Of a stretch of 64,000 nucleotides of DNA, positions 18,732 through 29,954 are shown piece after piece. The number at the start of each line of letters is the position of its first letter. Position 1 is the first letter of the stretch. This DNA is from Agriterribacter sp. (GTDB lineage: Bacteria; Bacteroidota; Bacteroidia; Chitinophagales; Chitinophagaceae). The stretch is taken from the NCBI GenBank assembly GCA_047600465.1, contig JASGKU010000004.1, positions 490,445-554,444 of the forward strand, read 5' to 3'. Below the pieces are notes generated by a model. It did no database searches, was not told the origin of the DNA, and saw only the letters and a program-made list of their open reading frames with translations. Made by a program: the position numbers and the translations under genes.

Positions 18732-20231
18732 ATGAACTCTAAAGTCACTTTGTTCTTAATGATGAGTCTTTGGTACTGTAATCTGTTTGCGCAACAAATT
18801 CCCGGCATACGCGATTCTCTCAGTTCATCTATATTGAAAGAAAAAAGATATTTACAGATTGTGCTGCCGCCAAATTATGAAACGGAACCCACCGCCAAAT
18901 TTGATGTAACCTATGTGCTCGACGGCGATTGGAATACCAAGCTGCTATCAGATGTAGAGCAGGTCTTGGGAAGCGATGGCAGGATACCACGAAATATTAT
19001 CGTCGGCGTAATCAATACCGACCGCGACCGCGATTTTTTGCCCACCCATAATAAAAGTAACCCGACATCGGGCGGTGCGGACAATTTCCTTGCGTTTTTT
19101 AAAGATGAGTTGATCCCTTATGTAAATAAGACCTATCGTTCTAACGGGGAAAATACCTTGTTCGGTCATTCCTTCGGTGGTGTGTTCGTAACTTATACAC
19201 TGCTGACTGAGCCGCAGTTGTTTGATTCTTATATCGCAGGCGATCCAGCTTTCTGGTGGGATGAAAGCGAGATGATGAAATGGGCTCCTGCAAAACTCGC
19301 AGCCCTGACTGCCACAGGTAAAACATTATACATCGCAGGCAGAGAGGGCGATGCCCTGACAGGTATGGGTATACTACAAATGGATAGCGTGCTCAAAAAA
19401 TACGCGTCGCCAATACTGAAATGGAAAATGAAGGCTTATCCTGATGAATCACACGGGACCGTGCGCCTCAAAAGCGCTTATGATGGACTGAAATACAGCT
19501 ATGAAGGCTTTAGTAATTCAGGTATCGCATATCACCCTATGAACGGTATCCTCTTGAAAAATAAGCCGATTCATTTATGGTATTTTGAAGATACTACACA
19601 CGTCAGGTATACCACGGATGGTTCGGTACCAGATAAAAATTCACCGCTTATCAAAACGGAGAACCTCTTGACAGGACCGGCTAAGGTTACTATCCGGCGA
19701 ATGTCGGTACGCAGCGCTGATGATGAACTATTTTCGGGGAGTTTTGTAGAAGGTGATTATCTGTCGCCTGCAAAACGCAATAGCAAAATGAAAGCTGGGG
19801 GCTTCAATTATGCCTATTACGAAGGTCAATGGACGAAACTGCCGGATTTTAGTAATTTGACGCCCGTAAAAAGCGGGCGGATGGACTCCACTTTCAGTAT
19901 TGACAAAATGCCACGCCAGGAAAATTTTGGTCTGGTGATTTCGGGGCAGCTGGAGATCAAAGAGGATGGCTATTACATCTTCATTCTTGTTTCAGATGAT
20001 GGCTCGAAGATGTACCTTGGCAACCGGTTGCTGATTGACCATGATGGGCTTCACGGCGACCAGCAGATACGTTCCTATATCATCCCGCTAAAGAAAGGGT
20101 TCTATCCTTTTCGCACAGAATATTTTCAGGCTGGCGGCGGTCGGAAGCTGGCCATGGAATACTTAACTCCATCTACTATGGCATTGAAGATGACAGCACC
20201 TTTTCCCGTAGCACTACAATATGGATATTAA
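18732..20231 (+). CDS. Secreted alpha/beta esterase (IroE-like) with C-terminal PA14 domain
   Basis: YVLDGD, RDRDFLP, FGHSFGG nucleophile elbow; YTTDGSVP linker; SDDGSKMYL...DHDGLHG (PA14). Confidence 0.85.
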   Translation: MNSKVTLFLMMSLWYCNLFAQQIPGIRDSLSSSILKEKRYLQIVLPPNYETEPTAKFDVTYVLDGDWNTKLLSDVEQVLGSDGRIPRNIIVGVINTDRDRDFLPTHNKSNPTSGGADNFLAFFKDELIPYVNKTYRSNGENTLFGHSFGGVFVTYTLLTEPQLFDSYIAGDPAFWWDESEMMKWAPAKLAALTATGKTLYIAGREGDALTGMGILQMDSVLKKYASPILKWKMKAYPDESHGTVRLKSAYDGLKYSYEGFSNSGIAYHPMNGILLKNKPIHLWYFEDTTHVRYTTDGSVPDKNSPLIKTENLLTGPAKVTIRRMSVRSADDELFSGSFVEGDYLSPAKRNSKMKAGGFNYAYYEGQWTKLPDFSNLTPVKSGRMDSTFSIDKMPRQENFGLVISGQLEIKEDGYYIFILVSDDGSKMYLGNRLLIDHDGLHGDQQIRSYIIPLKKGFYPFRTEYFQAGGGRKLAMEYLTPSTMALKMTAPFPVALQYGY

Positions 20232-20929
20232 GCTTGTTAAAATTACTGGGACAGACCTGTATCTTGGGCCGTCCGCGTCGCGTTGTCAGCAGTAAGGCAA
20301 CGCTGTACAACCTGAGATCATCAGCATGTTCACCAATATAGTTACACAATAACTTGTCCTTGCCATAAACAATTAGAAACGCGTTCAGTAACCTAACTCT
20401 GTAAGATTAAATTGAGATGCCAATGACAAAATCTTCCATTTTGAATATTGAAATTATTTCATCGACATCTTCTCGATCCTAAAAAGAGTATCGCCTTTTT
20501 TAAAATCTCTCTTTAACGTGTTCTGAGAGAGTAACAATTTGATTTGTTCTTTTGTAAAATACAATAACAATATTTAATTTTTATTCGGTCCTCTCATTCG
20601 ACGTAACAATCGTGATTGACAATTGCAAAGATTATTCCGTTACAAAAATTGGTAAATTAATTTTGCCGGACTGAAGCACCTTTCATGCAGTTCATAATAC
20701 TATACAGCATAAACAGGTGAATATAAAAATCTATTATTGTGATTCTGGCTCTATGCTGTTTTATTTTCAAACTTAGTTTTCAGTTTGATTTTTGGCAGTA
20801 GCAATATGACAGACTTTTTGAAGCAAAAGTAGAATGGACAGCTCTTTACAAATGGTTGACAAATGATTTGCGAAGTAATAAGTATGTTGTTGCTGATTGA
20901 TATAGCATAAAGAAAATATCAATGCAGAT

Positions 20930-20960
20930 AGACCCCGGTATTCTTACCGGGGTATTTATT
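20930..20960 (+). terminator. Orphan hairpin with TTCT loop
   Basis: ACCCCGGTA-TTCT-TACCGGGGT followed by an AT-rich tail. Confidence 0.5.
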
Positions 20961-21094
20961 TGAAGTTATAAAACAGTCCGCAGCTATCATTCCAAGTAAG
21001 ACATTTGTATACTGTGAAGTTTTATTGTCGATAATACGGACACATCAAGCGTAAGTTTTGATCAGAGGGTAAGAGCCATCGAAATCCATAAAAT

Positions 21095-21145
21095 AAAAAA
21101 GCCTGAGTAAGAATACTCTGGCTTTAACATGAGAAAACTATAGCT
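21095..21145 (-). ncRNA. Putative mini sRNA unit
   Basis: TAGTTTTCTCATGTT motif, then GCCAGAGTA-TTCT-TACTCAGGC and a T-tract. Confidence 0.35.
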
Positions 21146-21649
21146 AGATAATTTTTGCAACATCAAGCTGCCGTTTGATTTCCTAACGCTACAAACTGGA
21201 TTATTCTCTATAGGAATATAAAATAAAAGAGGTTGAATTAAAAGAGTTTTGAGGAATTACAGCGCTCTTCCATAACTTTTCATCATCTCTAAAGATCTTC
21301 CCTGGAGCAATAAAAATATCGAAATTTCATGTATATTTATCCTACACTCTAACGAAAAATTCTTACTAAGATACTATGTAAGCCGGCTTATAATTAGATT
21401 GGTATTTTTTTATCTGCAGGAGTTTTAGAACGTTGAAGATATTTCGTTGAAATTTTTCTAATTTCCTAGTTTATGGCGGAGCCGGTTAAGGAATCAAGAG
21501 CGGGTTTTTCTTTTAAATTTCCAAATGCTTTAGGCGCATAGAATGTTGCAATAAGGGTAAACGGAACTCATAAGAAGCGATAAAAATGTTAACTTGATGA
21601 TACTTGGGTGTTTAGTTAATGTGTGGAGTTAATGTTTCTTTGACAATAG

Positions 21650-21813
21650 AACTGTATGAAACTCAGGTTTGCAAAGTTCGATCAAGCAACATTATTAAAA
21701 TTCTTATCACAGGGCGTGGGCTGGAACTTTCTATAGTTAAAAGTATTGCGGAGTTTCACACACTCGGTCTCAAAGTTTCTTTAATATCGGGAAATGGAGT
21801 ATTTTTTCAATAG
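21650..21813 (+). pseudogene. Remnant of a histidine kinase HATPase C-terminus
   Basis: GRGLELSIVKSIAEFH resembles the GxGLGLSIVK..AExH G2 box. Confidence 0.4.
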
Positions 21814-22181
21814 TTTTCCCGCGAGTGCTCCTCGAAAACGTTTAATTTAAGAAGGTTATAATACCAAGTCAAAAACTCGTATTAAATCGTCTATTGCTTG
21901 CATTGTTAGATATCCAGTCTCTTCTTTTTGTCTATCCATATCCTTTATTTTCGTAATGCTTTAAAACTCCTAATGACTCGCAGGATTTATTTTATCGCAT
22001 TCCTTTTTAAAATAAAAAGAACATCACAATACTTAACTTCACAAGATATTTTGCCTGGAATTTCTGGGATGATTTTTGTAAAATCCTTTAAAATCAGTCT
22101 ATCTAAAGCCAGGGACTTTTGATGGATTGACCTTTACTATAGAATATTCTAAGTTGAGTTTTTAAATCTAAACGTCGAGTA

Positions 22182-22448
22182 ATGAAACTTTCGGAAGCAA
22201 TTGCATTCGCTACTTCACACAAATCCTTCGTGAATTTTCTGGCAACTAGAAATATTAATCCAGACTCTGCGCATCACATTACGGTAAAAGTTACAAATTT
22301 AAAACCTAACATCGTAGAACATCGTCTACATATCGACTTTGGAGATCCGGGGCAAAGCTCCGATGATGTAAGGGTAATTGTTGATTATATTAAATCTTCC
22401 GGAAAATTTGAGTTCATTCAAGCTGATTTTCCTCCTCGCATTCGATAG
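22182..22448 (+). CDS. Hypothetical protein
   Basis: 88-aa ORF with plausible composition and start context. Confidence 0.55.
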   Translation: MKLSEAIAFATSHKSFVNFLATRNINPDSAHHITVKVTNLKPNIVEHRLHIDFGDPGQSSDDVRVIVDYIKSSGKFEFIQADFPPRIR

Positions 22449-23100
22449 GCAAAGAACCGAGTTGCTGATTCGCATTCCCGCTTGAAAATATAGATGTAGT
22501 GGGAAGGCTCTTAATCATATTGCTTATAATACCTGACACTTGATTTTGAAAGGATATAATATAAAAGAAAATATTTTATAAAAAGCGTATCTTAAGTTTC
22601 AAAAAATACTGATAATCATTAAAGAATTTCAGGATATACTTAATATCTATTAGACCCGTGCTTTAATCCGTGCTCCAGTTAGAGTCATATTATCTAAGGC
22701 AGCCTTTTTCAAAGGGCTGCTATTATTTTAGGATGTAAGCTTGCACAGCCCGGCGGTTCGTATAAAGGAAAAGCGCAGAGGAATAGATCTCCTTTTTTTT
22801 CCAGAGTCTTCGATATACGATTCTTGCAGCCTGAAGTTATATTTTGAAGGGCATGAAGTATTCTGAAGAGTTTTTTCTCAGGCAGGATTTTAAAAAATCA
22901 AATTTATTAATAAGTAGTTTTCTGCATAATCCCGACTGAAAATGACCTTTGTTTGGACATAACTACAACTACTTAAGCGGTCAGTTATGCTATTTTTTGG
23001 TTTTGAGTTACAATTATTATTCTGGATTTATATTCGTCGAGTTGTATTGTTCCAACCGGAATGTCTACTTTTGATGTCCCTTGATGAAATATTAATTTAA

Positions 23101-23167
23101 AGATTGTATCCAATGAGTCATTCAAAGGATAAGGTTTACCGAGGCCCATTTCTATGGGCCTTTTTTA
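23101..23167 (+). ncRNA. Putative mini sRNA unit (AAAGGATAAGG subtype)
   Basis: CAAAGGATAAGG, then GGCCCAT-TTCT-ATGGGCC and a T-tract; no upstream ORF. Confidence 0.35.
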
Positions 23168-23418
23168 TGCTGTATATAGTATACGTTGATCGGAATATTG
23201 ATCATGAAAAGAAAGGTAACAGTATTAAAATTCCTATACTAAGGAGAATCTTTTGAATCTCTTCGGGAGACGAAACATTTTTTAAAGAAGCTAAGAACTT
23301 TCTTAAGACAGGTGTCAAATAAGTTAGAGGCAGTGTTTAATATTGACAAAAACTCTGCTGAAAGGCAGCGTTTGATTGTATGTTTGGAGATGCTGAGATA
23401 AAATTTCTCGGAGTTCTG

Positions 23419-24798
23419 CTATAAAATAGTTCCTTTTAACATAATGGCAGCTATGGTGAAGTAAATGACTAATCCCGTTACATCTACTAAAGTTGCTACG
23501 AGCGGGGCGGATGAGGTGGCAGGATCTAACTTGCATTTTTTTAAAATAATAGGTATCATTGAACCGCTCAGTGTGCCCCACATTACAATACCGATTAATG
23601 AAAAGAAAATAGTAAGTGCCAATAAAAAGGAGTATTTACCGTAATCAAATAAGTGAAGGTGTTGCCATATTTCTATTCTTACAAAACCGATCGCCCCCAA
23701 AATAAAACCTAATGTAAGTCCCGATAAAATTTCCCTCCGCATGACAAACCACCAATCTTTAACAGTTAGTTCCTTTAATGCCATTGCGCGGATGATAAGT
23801 GTTGCTGCTTGAGACCCACTGTTACCACCACTAGAAATAATTAATGGAACAAATAAAGCCAATACCACAGCCTTTGATATTTCAGCGTCAAAATAACCCA
23901 TTGCGGTTGCAGTCAACATTTCGCCGACAAAGAGAACAATTAGCCATGTAGCCCTTTTTTGGATCAGTGCAAAAAATCCTGTTTTTACATATGGATAGTC
24001 AAGCCCCTCCACTCCACCAAAATTTTGAATTTCTTTTGTAGCTTTTTGTTCTGCCACATCTATGATGTCATCCACAGTCACTACCCCCAAAAGGATATTT
24101 TCGTTATTTGTAACTGGAAGTACGACCCTGTCGTATTCTTCAAACTTGGCTATTGCTTCTTCTTTACTGTCGGTTATTTTAAGACGCGTGCAAATGTTAT
24201 CCAAAATTTCACTTATGTGTTTAGACGGCTCATTTAATACCAATCGTCTTACTGGTATATCATCTATCAATTTGCCTTCGTTATCAACGACATAAATAAC
24301 ATTGGCAGCTTCTGTGTCTTTGTGATGATTTCGTAGATGCTCGTTTGCTTCAGCAATAGTAATATTAGGTGAAATACTGGCAAATTCTGTATTGATTAAC
24401 CTTGCAACACTGTTTTTGGGATAGCCTAATGTATTATGAACAACAGCTTTATTTTTATCATTCAACAAATCAATTGTTGATGAAAGGGCAACACCTTTTA
24501 AAGATGAAAGAAAGATCATCCTGTCATCTGAATTTATCTCGTTCAGAATATAGGCTGCTCTGGCATGAGTAGCATTCTTTATTATTAGCTGCTGTTGCAG
24601 TAAATTAAGGTAAGGGAATACTTTTACCTGTGTATGTGCAGGCAATGCATAGAAGGCATCTATTGCTTTATCCTGCTGCACTTTGTCAAGCAGCTTTGCA
24701 ACTTCTGCAGGATGAATGTTTTTATTATCCTTGAAGAAGGAAAGTAAATTACTGAAATCACCCTTAAGCAATTTTCCTGTTGTCTCTCTTATATTCAT
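23419..24798 (-). CDS. mgtE: Magnesium transporter MgtE
   Basis: N-domain, two CBS domains (IYVVD, LLGVVTVDD), SSGGNSGSQ, DPATSSAPLVATLVDVTG. Confidence 0.95.
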   Translation of the reverse strand: MNIRETTGKLLKGDFSNLLSFFKDNKNIHPAEVAKLLDKVQQDKAIDAFYALPAHTQVKVFPYLNLLQQQLIIKNATHARAAYILNEINSDDRMIFLSSLKGVALSSTIDLLNDKNKAVVHNTLGYPKNSVARLINTEFASISPNITIAEANEHLRNHHKDTEAANVIYVVDNEGKLIDDIPVRRLVLNEPSKHISEILDNICTRLKITDSKEEAIAKFEEYDRVVLPVTNNENILLGVVTVDDIIDVAEQKATKEIQNFGGVEGLDYPYVKTGFFALIQKRATWLIVLFVGEMLTATAMGYFDAEISKAVVLALFVPLIISSGGNSGSQAATLIIRAMALKELTVKDWWFVMRREILSGLTLGFILGAIGFVRIEIWQHLHLFDYGKYSFLLALTIFFSLIGIVMWGTLSGSMIPIILKKCKLDPATSSAPLVATLVDVTGLVIYFTIAAIMLKGTIL

Positions 24799-25344
24799 AT
24801 CTTCTAATTTAGGTTGCCTTTCCAAATCCGAATCTCAATCTTGGATAGCTGCTACCCTTTTTATTGAAACGCATCATCGTTATAGCGCGTTGCATATTAT
24901 TGGAGCATAATGCTGAGCAACATATCATCGGCAAATGTAAGGTTCTGTTTCGGCGTACTGGTTTTCATCATTTTTACATTCTGATCCGAAGATTTTACTT
25001 TATTCCTGCAATAAGTGGATTATTGCAAGGATTTTGCTACCTGCAAACCCACGTAGCAGATTGCGAAACGTTAAGGTGATGGGTACGTCTTGGCACGTTA
25101 TCAGCGTTGTAAACGATATGACTACACGATCACCCTGTGATCCTGTTTCACGAAGTATATTATTACCAACCATGGCGCGCAATAAAGTATTGACATAAGA
25201 ATCCTTGCGTCTGAAAACATACATGGTGCATTTGCTGATAACCTTTCGTTTATTTGTTCAATGATGAGCAATATGCCAGGAAATTCGGAAATGAAGAACG
25301 GATTGGAAGTTGGCAAGCGTTCCTGAAGTGCTTACTATTTTTAT

Positions 25345-25600
25345 TCCTGTCTTGGTTTGCTTGGCATGGGTTTGTGTATGGCTGAACAGAGAGCCAAAAA
25401 TATTGGGATCAGGAAAGTATTGAGCGCTTCTGTATTTAACCTTTGGCGCTTATTGAGTAACGATTTATAGCAATGGTTCTCACCTCATTTGTTATTGCAT
25501 TGCGCATTGCTTATTATTTTATGTAAAATTGGTTACGGAATTATCAATCCCGAAATACACTATCATGTTAGATTTTTTGCTGCTTTTGTTTTTGGGCTTT
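25345..25600 (+). pseudogene. C-terminal remnant of an FtsX-type ABC permease
   Basis: Reads LGLLGMGLCMAEQRAKNIGIRKVLSASVFNLWRLLSND, then stops and frameshifts. Confidence 0.75.
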
Positions 25601-25664
25601 CAGCAACTAGGCAATATTTCATAAGTATCATCAGGGTTAATATTGTGGGATATATTTAACCTTA

Positions 25665-26030
25665 TCAAAGCATCCGAGATTCCTTTTTGCTGCTGGTCGG
25701 GCAGCCTGTAATCTCAAGCTTATTTTCCACCTGCAAAGCCGTATCCAAATTAATGTACCATTGCTTACCAACATGATGTCGTTGGTAAATATCAATGTTC
25801 CTGAAATTATGAAAGAGATGGCCAAATTCAATACATAATGGAATAGGAGCCATTCCAAAATAAATTACTTTATATTCAGGGTGTGCATTTAATATTGGGA
25901 GTATATCACCCGCAAAATACCTTCTGTGTTCCAAAGCATATTGCTCATAACCAGTATTGTAAAGTTTCTGAAGCTCTAATAGCTCAGAATAATTAATTTC
26001 GGCAACTATATACCAGTTGGGACTAACCTT
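25665..26030 (-). pseudogene. Truncated SAVED-domain-like fragment
   Basis: VIYFGMAPIPLCIEFGHLF...IDIYQRHH...W matches the first SAVED lobe pattern. The frame is open upstream without a clear start and lacks the C-terminal lobe. Confidence 0.55.
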
Positions 26031-26081
26031 GAAAATAAAAAACCAACTTAACGCTGGTTGTATGTTTTATAGGCACTTAGT

Positions 26082-26369
26082 CTATGAGTGCCAAATATCG
26101 TCTTCAAATACAGTGATAATATTGGATGAGCTATCTTCTTGGATGGCGTAGTCAAAGCCTGTTTCAAGTAATACATTCTTTGGATTATCTTTCTTGGTGG
26201 CTATAATGACATAAGCCTTCTTATTATCACCGTACTTTACATAGTCTCCAATATTATATTTCATCTGATCAGCTTTATTTACGCTCACCCCAATAACATC
26301 CTCAAAGCTGCCATCTATTGATAGCTTTTCTTCGTATTTGTCTGCACGTTCCTTTTTAGCTTTTGCCAT
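26082..26369 (-). CDS. Hypothetical protein
   Basis: ORF MAKAKKERADKYEEKLSIDGSFEDVI..., directly downstream of the AAA_14 gene. Confidence 0.6.
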   Translation of the reverse strand: MAKAKKERADKYEEKLSIDGSFEDVIGVSVNKADQMKYNIGDYVKYGDNKKAYVIIATKKDNPKNVLLETGFDYAIQEDSSSNIITVFEDDIWHS

Positions 26370-26388
26370 AAAGGTAAAATTAATCAAA

Positions 26389-27837
26389 CTAAATCATTTT
26401 CACATATTGATGAGCAATAGTGTTGTAGCCGGCATTGTATGCATATACAGAACAAGGGATGTAATTTATATTCAGCCCATCTATTGTTTTGTATTCGAAC
26501 TTATCTCTTGTGGTAACTACAGCATCTTTCAGACTGTTCTTATTGCAAAATGTGAACATGTTTTTAAGCTCACGCAAATTGTCGTATAACTTATTACCCC
26601 ACTTTATCTCGACTGCCCAAATGGGTTTTAACGTTTTAGAACCCAACCCAACCATATCAATTTCACCGCTTTGCCATCTTGCGTACCAAGGTATATAATT
26701 ATCGCGGTGCAGCCACTGAGAAAAAATTGCAGTTTCAACCATATTCCCAAATCTATCATCTGTTGGTTCCAGTGGCGAAAATAAAGCACTTCTTAAAGAT
26801 GGGTTTGTCAAATATATTTTATAAAGCCCCTGCCGTTGAAATTTATTTCCAGCTTCGTCAATTCGATGAATACGCTTAATTAAAAACGCGGCCTCTAAAT
26901 ATTCCAGATATTTTTTTAGCGTGTTTTTATTGACCCCACTTGCAACAGATAAAGAATCTACAGATAATTCGTTACCAGAATGAAATACCAAAGTAGTAAA
27001 AAAGGCATTTAACTCTTGTACATTTTGTATGCCGTATAAACTTGGTAGGTCACGTAACAACACTTTGTCAATAATGTCATTTTTGATATATCTCGATAAG
27101 TCGGATTGTATTTTTGAAGAAAAAATAACTTCTGGATACCCTCCATAGTTTATATACTCAACAAAGTGGTTGTTTAAAGATTCTACATTATTTGTTCCAA
27201 AAAAATCTAATTTTTTGCCTTGAAAAAAGATGTGAGTTCGGGTGATAAGATTTTCGTGATCTTTAAGATGTATGTATTCATGAAAAGTCAAAGGCGGAAG
27301 CATGAAATCAGTGAACCTTCCTGCCCCGCTTTCGTTACTCTTTATCTTCAGAGCAGCCGCAGCCGAACCAGACACTATAAATTTGGTATTAGGATAACTA
27401 TCTACCAGCACCTTCAGGTGAATCTCCCATTCTTTTAAATACTGAATTTCATCAAAGAAAACGAACCAACCATCTGGGTCTTCATTTTCAACAGATTTCA
27501 TCGCCATTAGAAATAGTTCTTGCAAACCTATGTTTACATACAATGGGTTCTCAATATTTATAAAGCAAATCTTGTTACTTCTAACTTTATTTCTTTTTAG
27601 TAGCCCGTCAATTACGTGGTGCATAATTACAGTTTTACCTACCCTTCTCGGGCCCATGAGGACAACTGCTCTTTTAACATCGACTTCTTCAACCAGTGTA
27701 AACAAAAGTTCGAAGTATAATCTCTTTTTTAGAACTCCATATTCTTTTTCAATATCTCCAGTTTCCCACCAAGGATTTTCAAACTTTAACCTATTAAGTA
27801 TGAACTCTTTAGGAATAGATTGTAGTTTTTTTGCCAT
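26389..27837 (-). CDS. AAA_14 ATPase with DUF4143 domain
   Basis: GPRRVGKT, FFDEIQY, VSGS, SGAGR, YGGYPE, KIYL, GNMVET, EIDMV...AVEIKW. Confidence 0.92.
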   Translation of the reverse strand: MAKKLQSIPKEFILNRLKFENPWWETGDIEKEYGVLKKRLYFELLFTLVEEVDVKRAVVLMGPRRVGKTVIMHHVIDGLLKRNKVRSNKICFINIENPLYVNIGLQELFLMAMKSVENEDPDGWFVFFDEIQYLKEWEIHLKVLVDSYPNTKFIVSGSAAAALKIKSNESGAGRFTDFMLPPLTFHEYIHLKDHENLITRTHIFFQGKKLDFFGTNNVESLNNHFVEYINYGGYPEVIFSSKIQSDLSRYIKNDIIDKVLLRDLPSLYGIQNVQELNAFFTTLVFHSGNELSVDSLSVASGVNKNTLKKYLEYLEAAFLIKRIHRIDEAGNKFQRQGLYKIYLTNPSLRSALFSPLEPTDDRFGNMVETAIFSQWLHRDNYIPWYARWQSGEIDMVGLGSKTLKPIWAVEIKWGNKLYDNLRELKNMFTFCNKNSLKDAVVTTRDKFEYKTIDGLNINYIPCSVYAYNAGYNTIAHQYVKMI

Positions 27838-28072
27838 TTAGGAAAAGTTTTTGATCTTAAAAACAAAGATAATCATAAATAAGATCAAATAAATTATCTT
27901 ATTTATTTTTTTTTCCACAATTAGCCATCTCTTTGTCCCTTGGTGCCATTACTTTTGTTCCATTCTTCGGTAATTATTTCCTGGTATAGCGACGATAGCC
28001 TCTTGAAAGAAAATCTTGTTTATTTATCACCTTTTATTGGAGTAATTATTTTCTCTACCACATATTAAATAA

Positions 28073-28122
28073 TGTAAATAATTATTTACAAAAAATGCTA
28101 TATTTGTAAAATATATTTGCCA
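28073..28122 (+). promoter_or_regulatory. hipBA promoter/operator
   Basis: Perfect 18-bp palindrome TGTAAATAATTATTTACA (28073-28090), a TATATTTG box (28099-28106) and a degenerate second operator. Confidence 0.7.
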
Positions 28123-28124
28123 TT

Positions 28125-28436
28125 ATGAAAAGCAATAAATTTCAAATACTGCCTACCACCGCTAAAATATTGGCCGAACTTGGTGAAAACATTAAGCTGG
28201 CCAGGTTACGAAGAAAGCTAAGTGCAGAGCAGGTAGCTGAACGGGCAAACATCAGCCGCCCCACCTTACTTTCTATTGAAAAAGGTATGCCTGGCGTGGC
28301 CTTTGGCTCTTATGCGCAGGTCCTTTTTGTGTTGAATCTGGAGAAAGATTTATTGAAGGTAGCAGTAGATGACACACTGGGTAGAAAATTACAGGATGCA
28401 GAGCTTACAGTAAAGGAAAGGGCTCCTAAAAAATAA
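28125..28436 (+). CDS. HipB-like XRE antitoxin
   Basis: LGENIKLARLRRKLSAEQVAERANISRPTLLSIEKG; directly upstream of HipA. Confidence 0.88.
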   Translation: MKSNKFQILPTTAKILAELGENIKLARLRRKLSAEQVAERANISRPTLLSIEKGMPGVAFGSYAQVLFVLNLEKDLLKVAVDDTLGRKLQDAELTVKERAPKK

Positions 28437-28447
28437 ACGACATACAG

Positions 28448-29704
28448 GTGGCAACCAATATAAAAAAAGACATACAGGTATATGCGCATTGGCAGGATTT
28501 ACACGCACCGGCAATCATGGGTACACTATCTGTTTCACTAGTCAAAGGCAAAGAATCTTTTTCCTTTGAATATGCAGATGCATGGTTAAAATCAGACTTT
28601 TCCCAAATGATTGACCCCGATTTGCAAATGTATTCAGGAGCATATTATCCACGGGGCGATAAATCCAATTTTGGTATTTTCTTAGATTCATGCCCCGATA
28701 GATGGGGCCGTGTGTTAATGCAACGCAGGGAAACCGCAATAGCAAAGCAGGAAGACCGGGCAGTAAAAAAATTATTGGAATCCGATTTTCTGTTGGGAGT
28801 ATTTGATGGACATCGCATGGGTGCACTGCGTTTTAAAGTACAAGAAAATGGGCCATTCTTAAACGATAATAAAGAAATGGCTGCACCACCATGGACATCG
28901 TTAAGAGAATTGGAGTATGCAAGCTTGAAGTTTGAAGAAGACAACACAGACGACCCGGAATATATAAAGTGGTTAAGTATATTAATTGCTCCCGGTTCAT
29001 CATTAGGCGGTGCAAGGCCAAAAGCAAGTGTGGTAGATGCAGACAATAATTTGTGGATTGCAAAGTTCCCCAGCAGGAATGATGAAAAAGATGTAGCAGC
29101 ATGGGAAATGGTAGCAAATCAGTTGGCATTAAATGCCGGCTTAAACATAGCAGAAGGAAAGCTTCAAAAATTCAACAATAAATATCATACTTACCTCACA
29201 AAGCGTTTCGATAGAACGGCAGATAATAAACGTATTCACTTTGCATCGGCAATGACATTATTGGGGCATATTGATGGAGATGATGCGGCAGGCGCAAGCT
29301 ATCTCGAACTGATGGAATTTATATCAAAACATGGTGCCTCGGTAGAAAAAGATTTAGAAGAACTCTGGCGTAGAATCGTATTCAGTATATGCGTAAAAAA
29401 TACAGACGACCATTTGCGAAATCATGGCTTTCTGCTTACTAATAAAGGCTGGTTGTTATCACCAGCCTATGATATTAACCCTAATGAATACGGAAATGGA
29501 TTAAGTATTAATATCACTGATACAGATAACTCACTTGATTTGAACTTGGCAAGAGAAATAGCTGGTTATTTTCGTTTAACGGATGAAAAAGCGGAAAGTA
29601 TAATACAAGAAATTTCAAATGCCGTTAGGGACTGGAAAAAAATAGCCGCCACTTGTAAAATTTCAAATGCCGAACAAGAAAGGATGTCAGCAGCATTTAT
29701 TTAA
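28448..29704 (+). CDS. hipA: HipA-family Ser/Thr kinase toxin
   Basis: PDRWGR, SSLGGARPKA, WIAKFP, KRFDR, NTDDHLRNH, LSPAYDIN. Confidence 0.95.
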   Translation: MATNIKKDIQVYAHWQDLHAPAIMGTLSVSLVKGKESFSFEYADAWLKSDFSQMIDPDLQMYSGAYYPRGDKSNFGIFLDSCPDRWGRVLMQRRETAIAKQEDRAVKKLLESDFLLGVFDGHRMGALRFKVQENGPFLNDNKEMAAPPWTSLRELEYASLKFEEDNTDDPEYIKWLSILIAPGSSLGGARPKASVVDADNNLWIAKFPSRNDEKDVAAWEMVANQLALNAGLNIAEGKLQKFNNKYHTYLTKRFDRTADNKRIHFASAMTLLGHIDGDDAAGASYLELMEFISKHGASVEKDLEELWRRIVFSICVKNTDDHLRNHGFLLTNKGWLLSPAYDINPNEYGNGLSINITDTDNSLDLNLAREIAGYFRLTDEKAESIIQEISNAVRDWKKIAATCKISNAEQERMSAAFI

Positions 29705-29711
29705 TGCTGTT

Positions 29712-29954
29712 TTATTTTAGCTCTTCGATATTTGAATTTTCCTCATTTTCATTTTCTTTAGTATACAAATGATACAATGCGTTGGATCGTTCAAATACAA
29801 GTGTAATTACCTCTTCTTTTTGTTCTGGTGAGAGATTCTTAAAATGCCCGTTCGCCTCTGTATCTTCTAAAGTAAGTCTAAGGTCTTGTTTTTCTTCTTT
29901 CATGGTGTTCTTCGCTTCTACTGGTTTAAAATTGTGCTCAATGAAAAAGGTCAA
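29712..29954 (-). CDS. Hypothetical protein
   Basis: Short ORF converging on hipA. Confidence 0.45.
   Translation of the reverse strand: MTFFIEHNFKPVEAKNTMKEEKQDLRLTLEDTEANGHFKNLSPEQKEEVITLVFERSNALYHLYTKENENEENSNIEELK

Noticed and set aside
24845-25320. Mg2+ riboswitch or leader peptide upstream of mgtE
   Set aside because: No recognisable M-box consensus or convincing leader ORF could be identified by eye.
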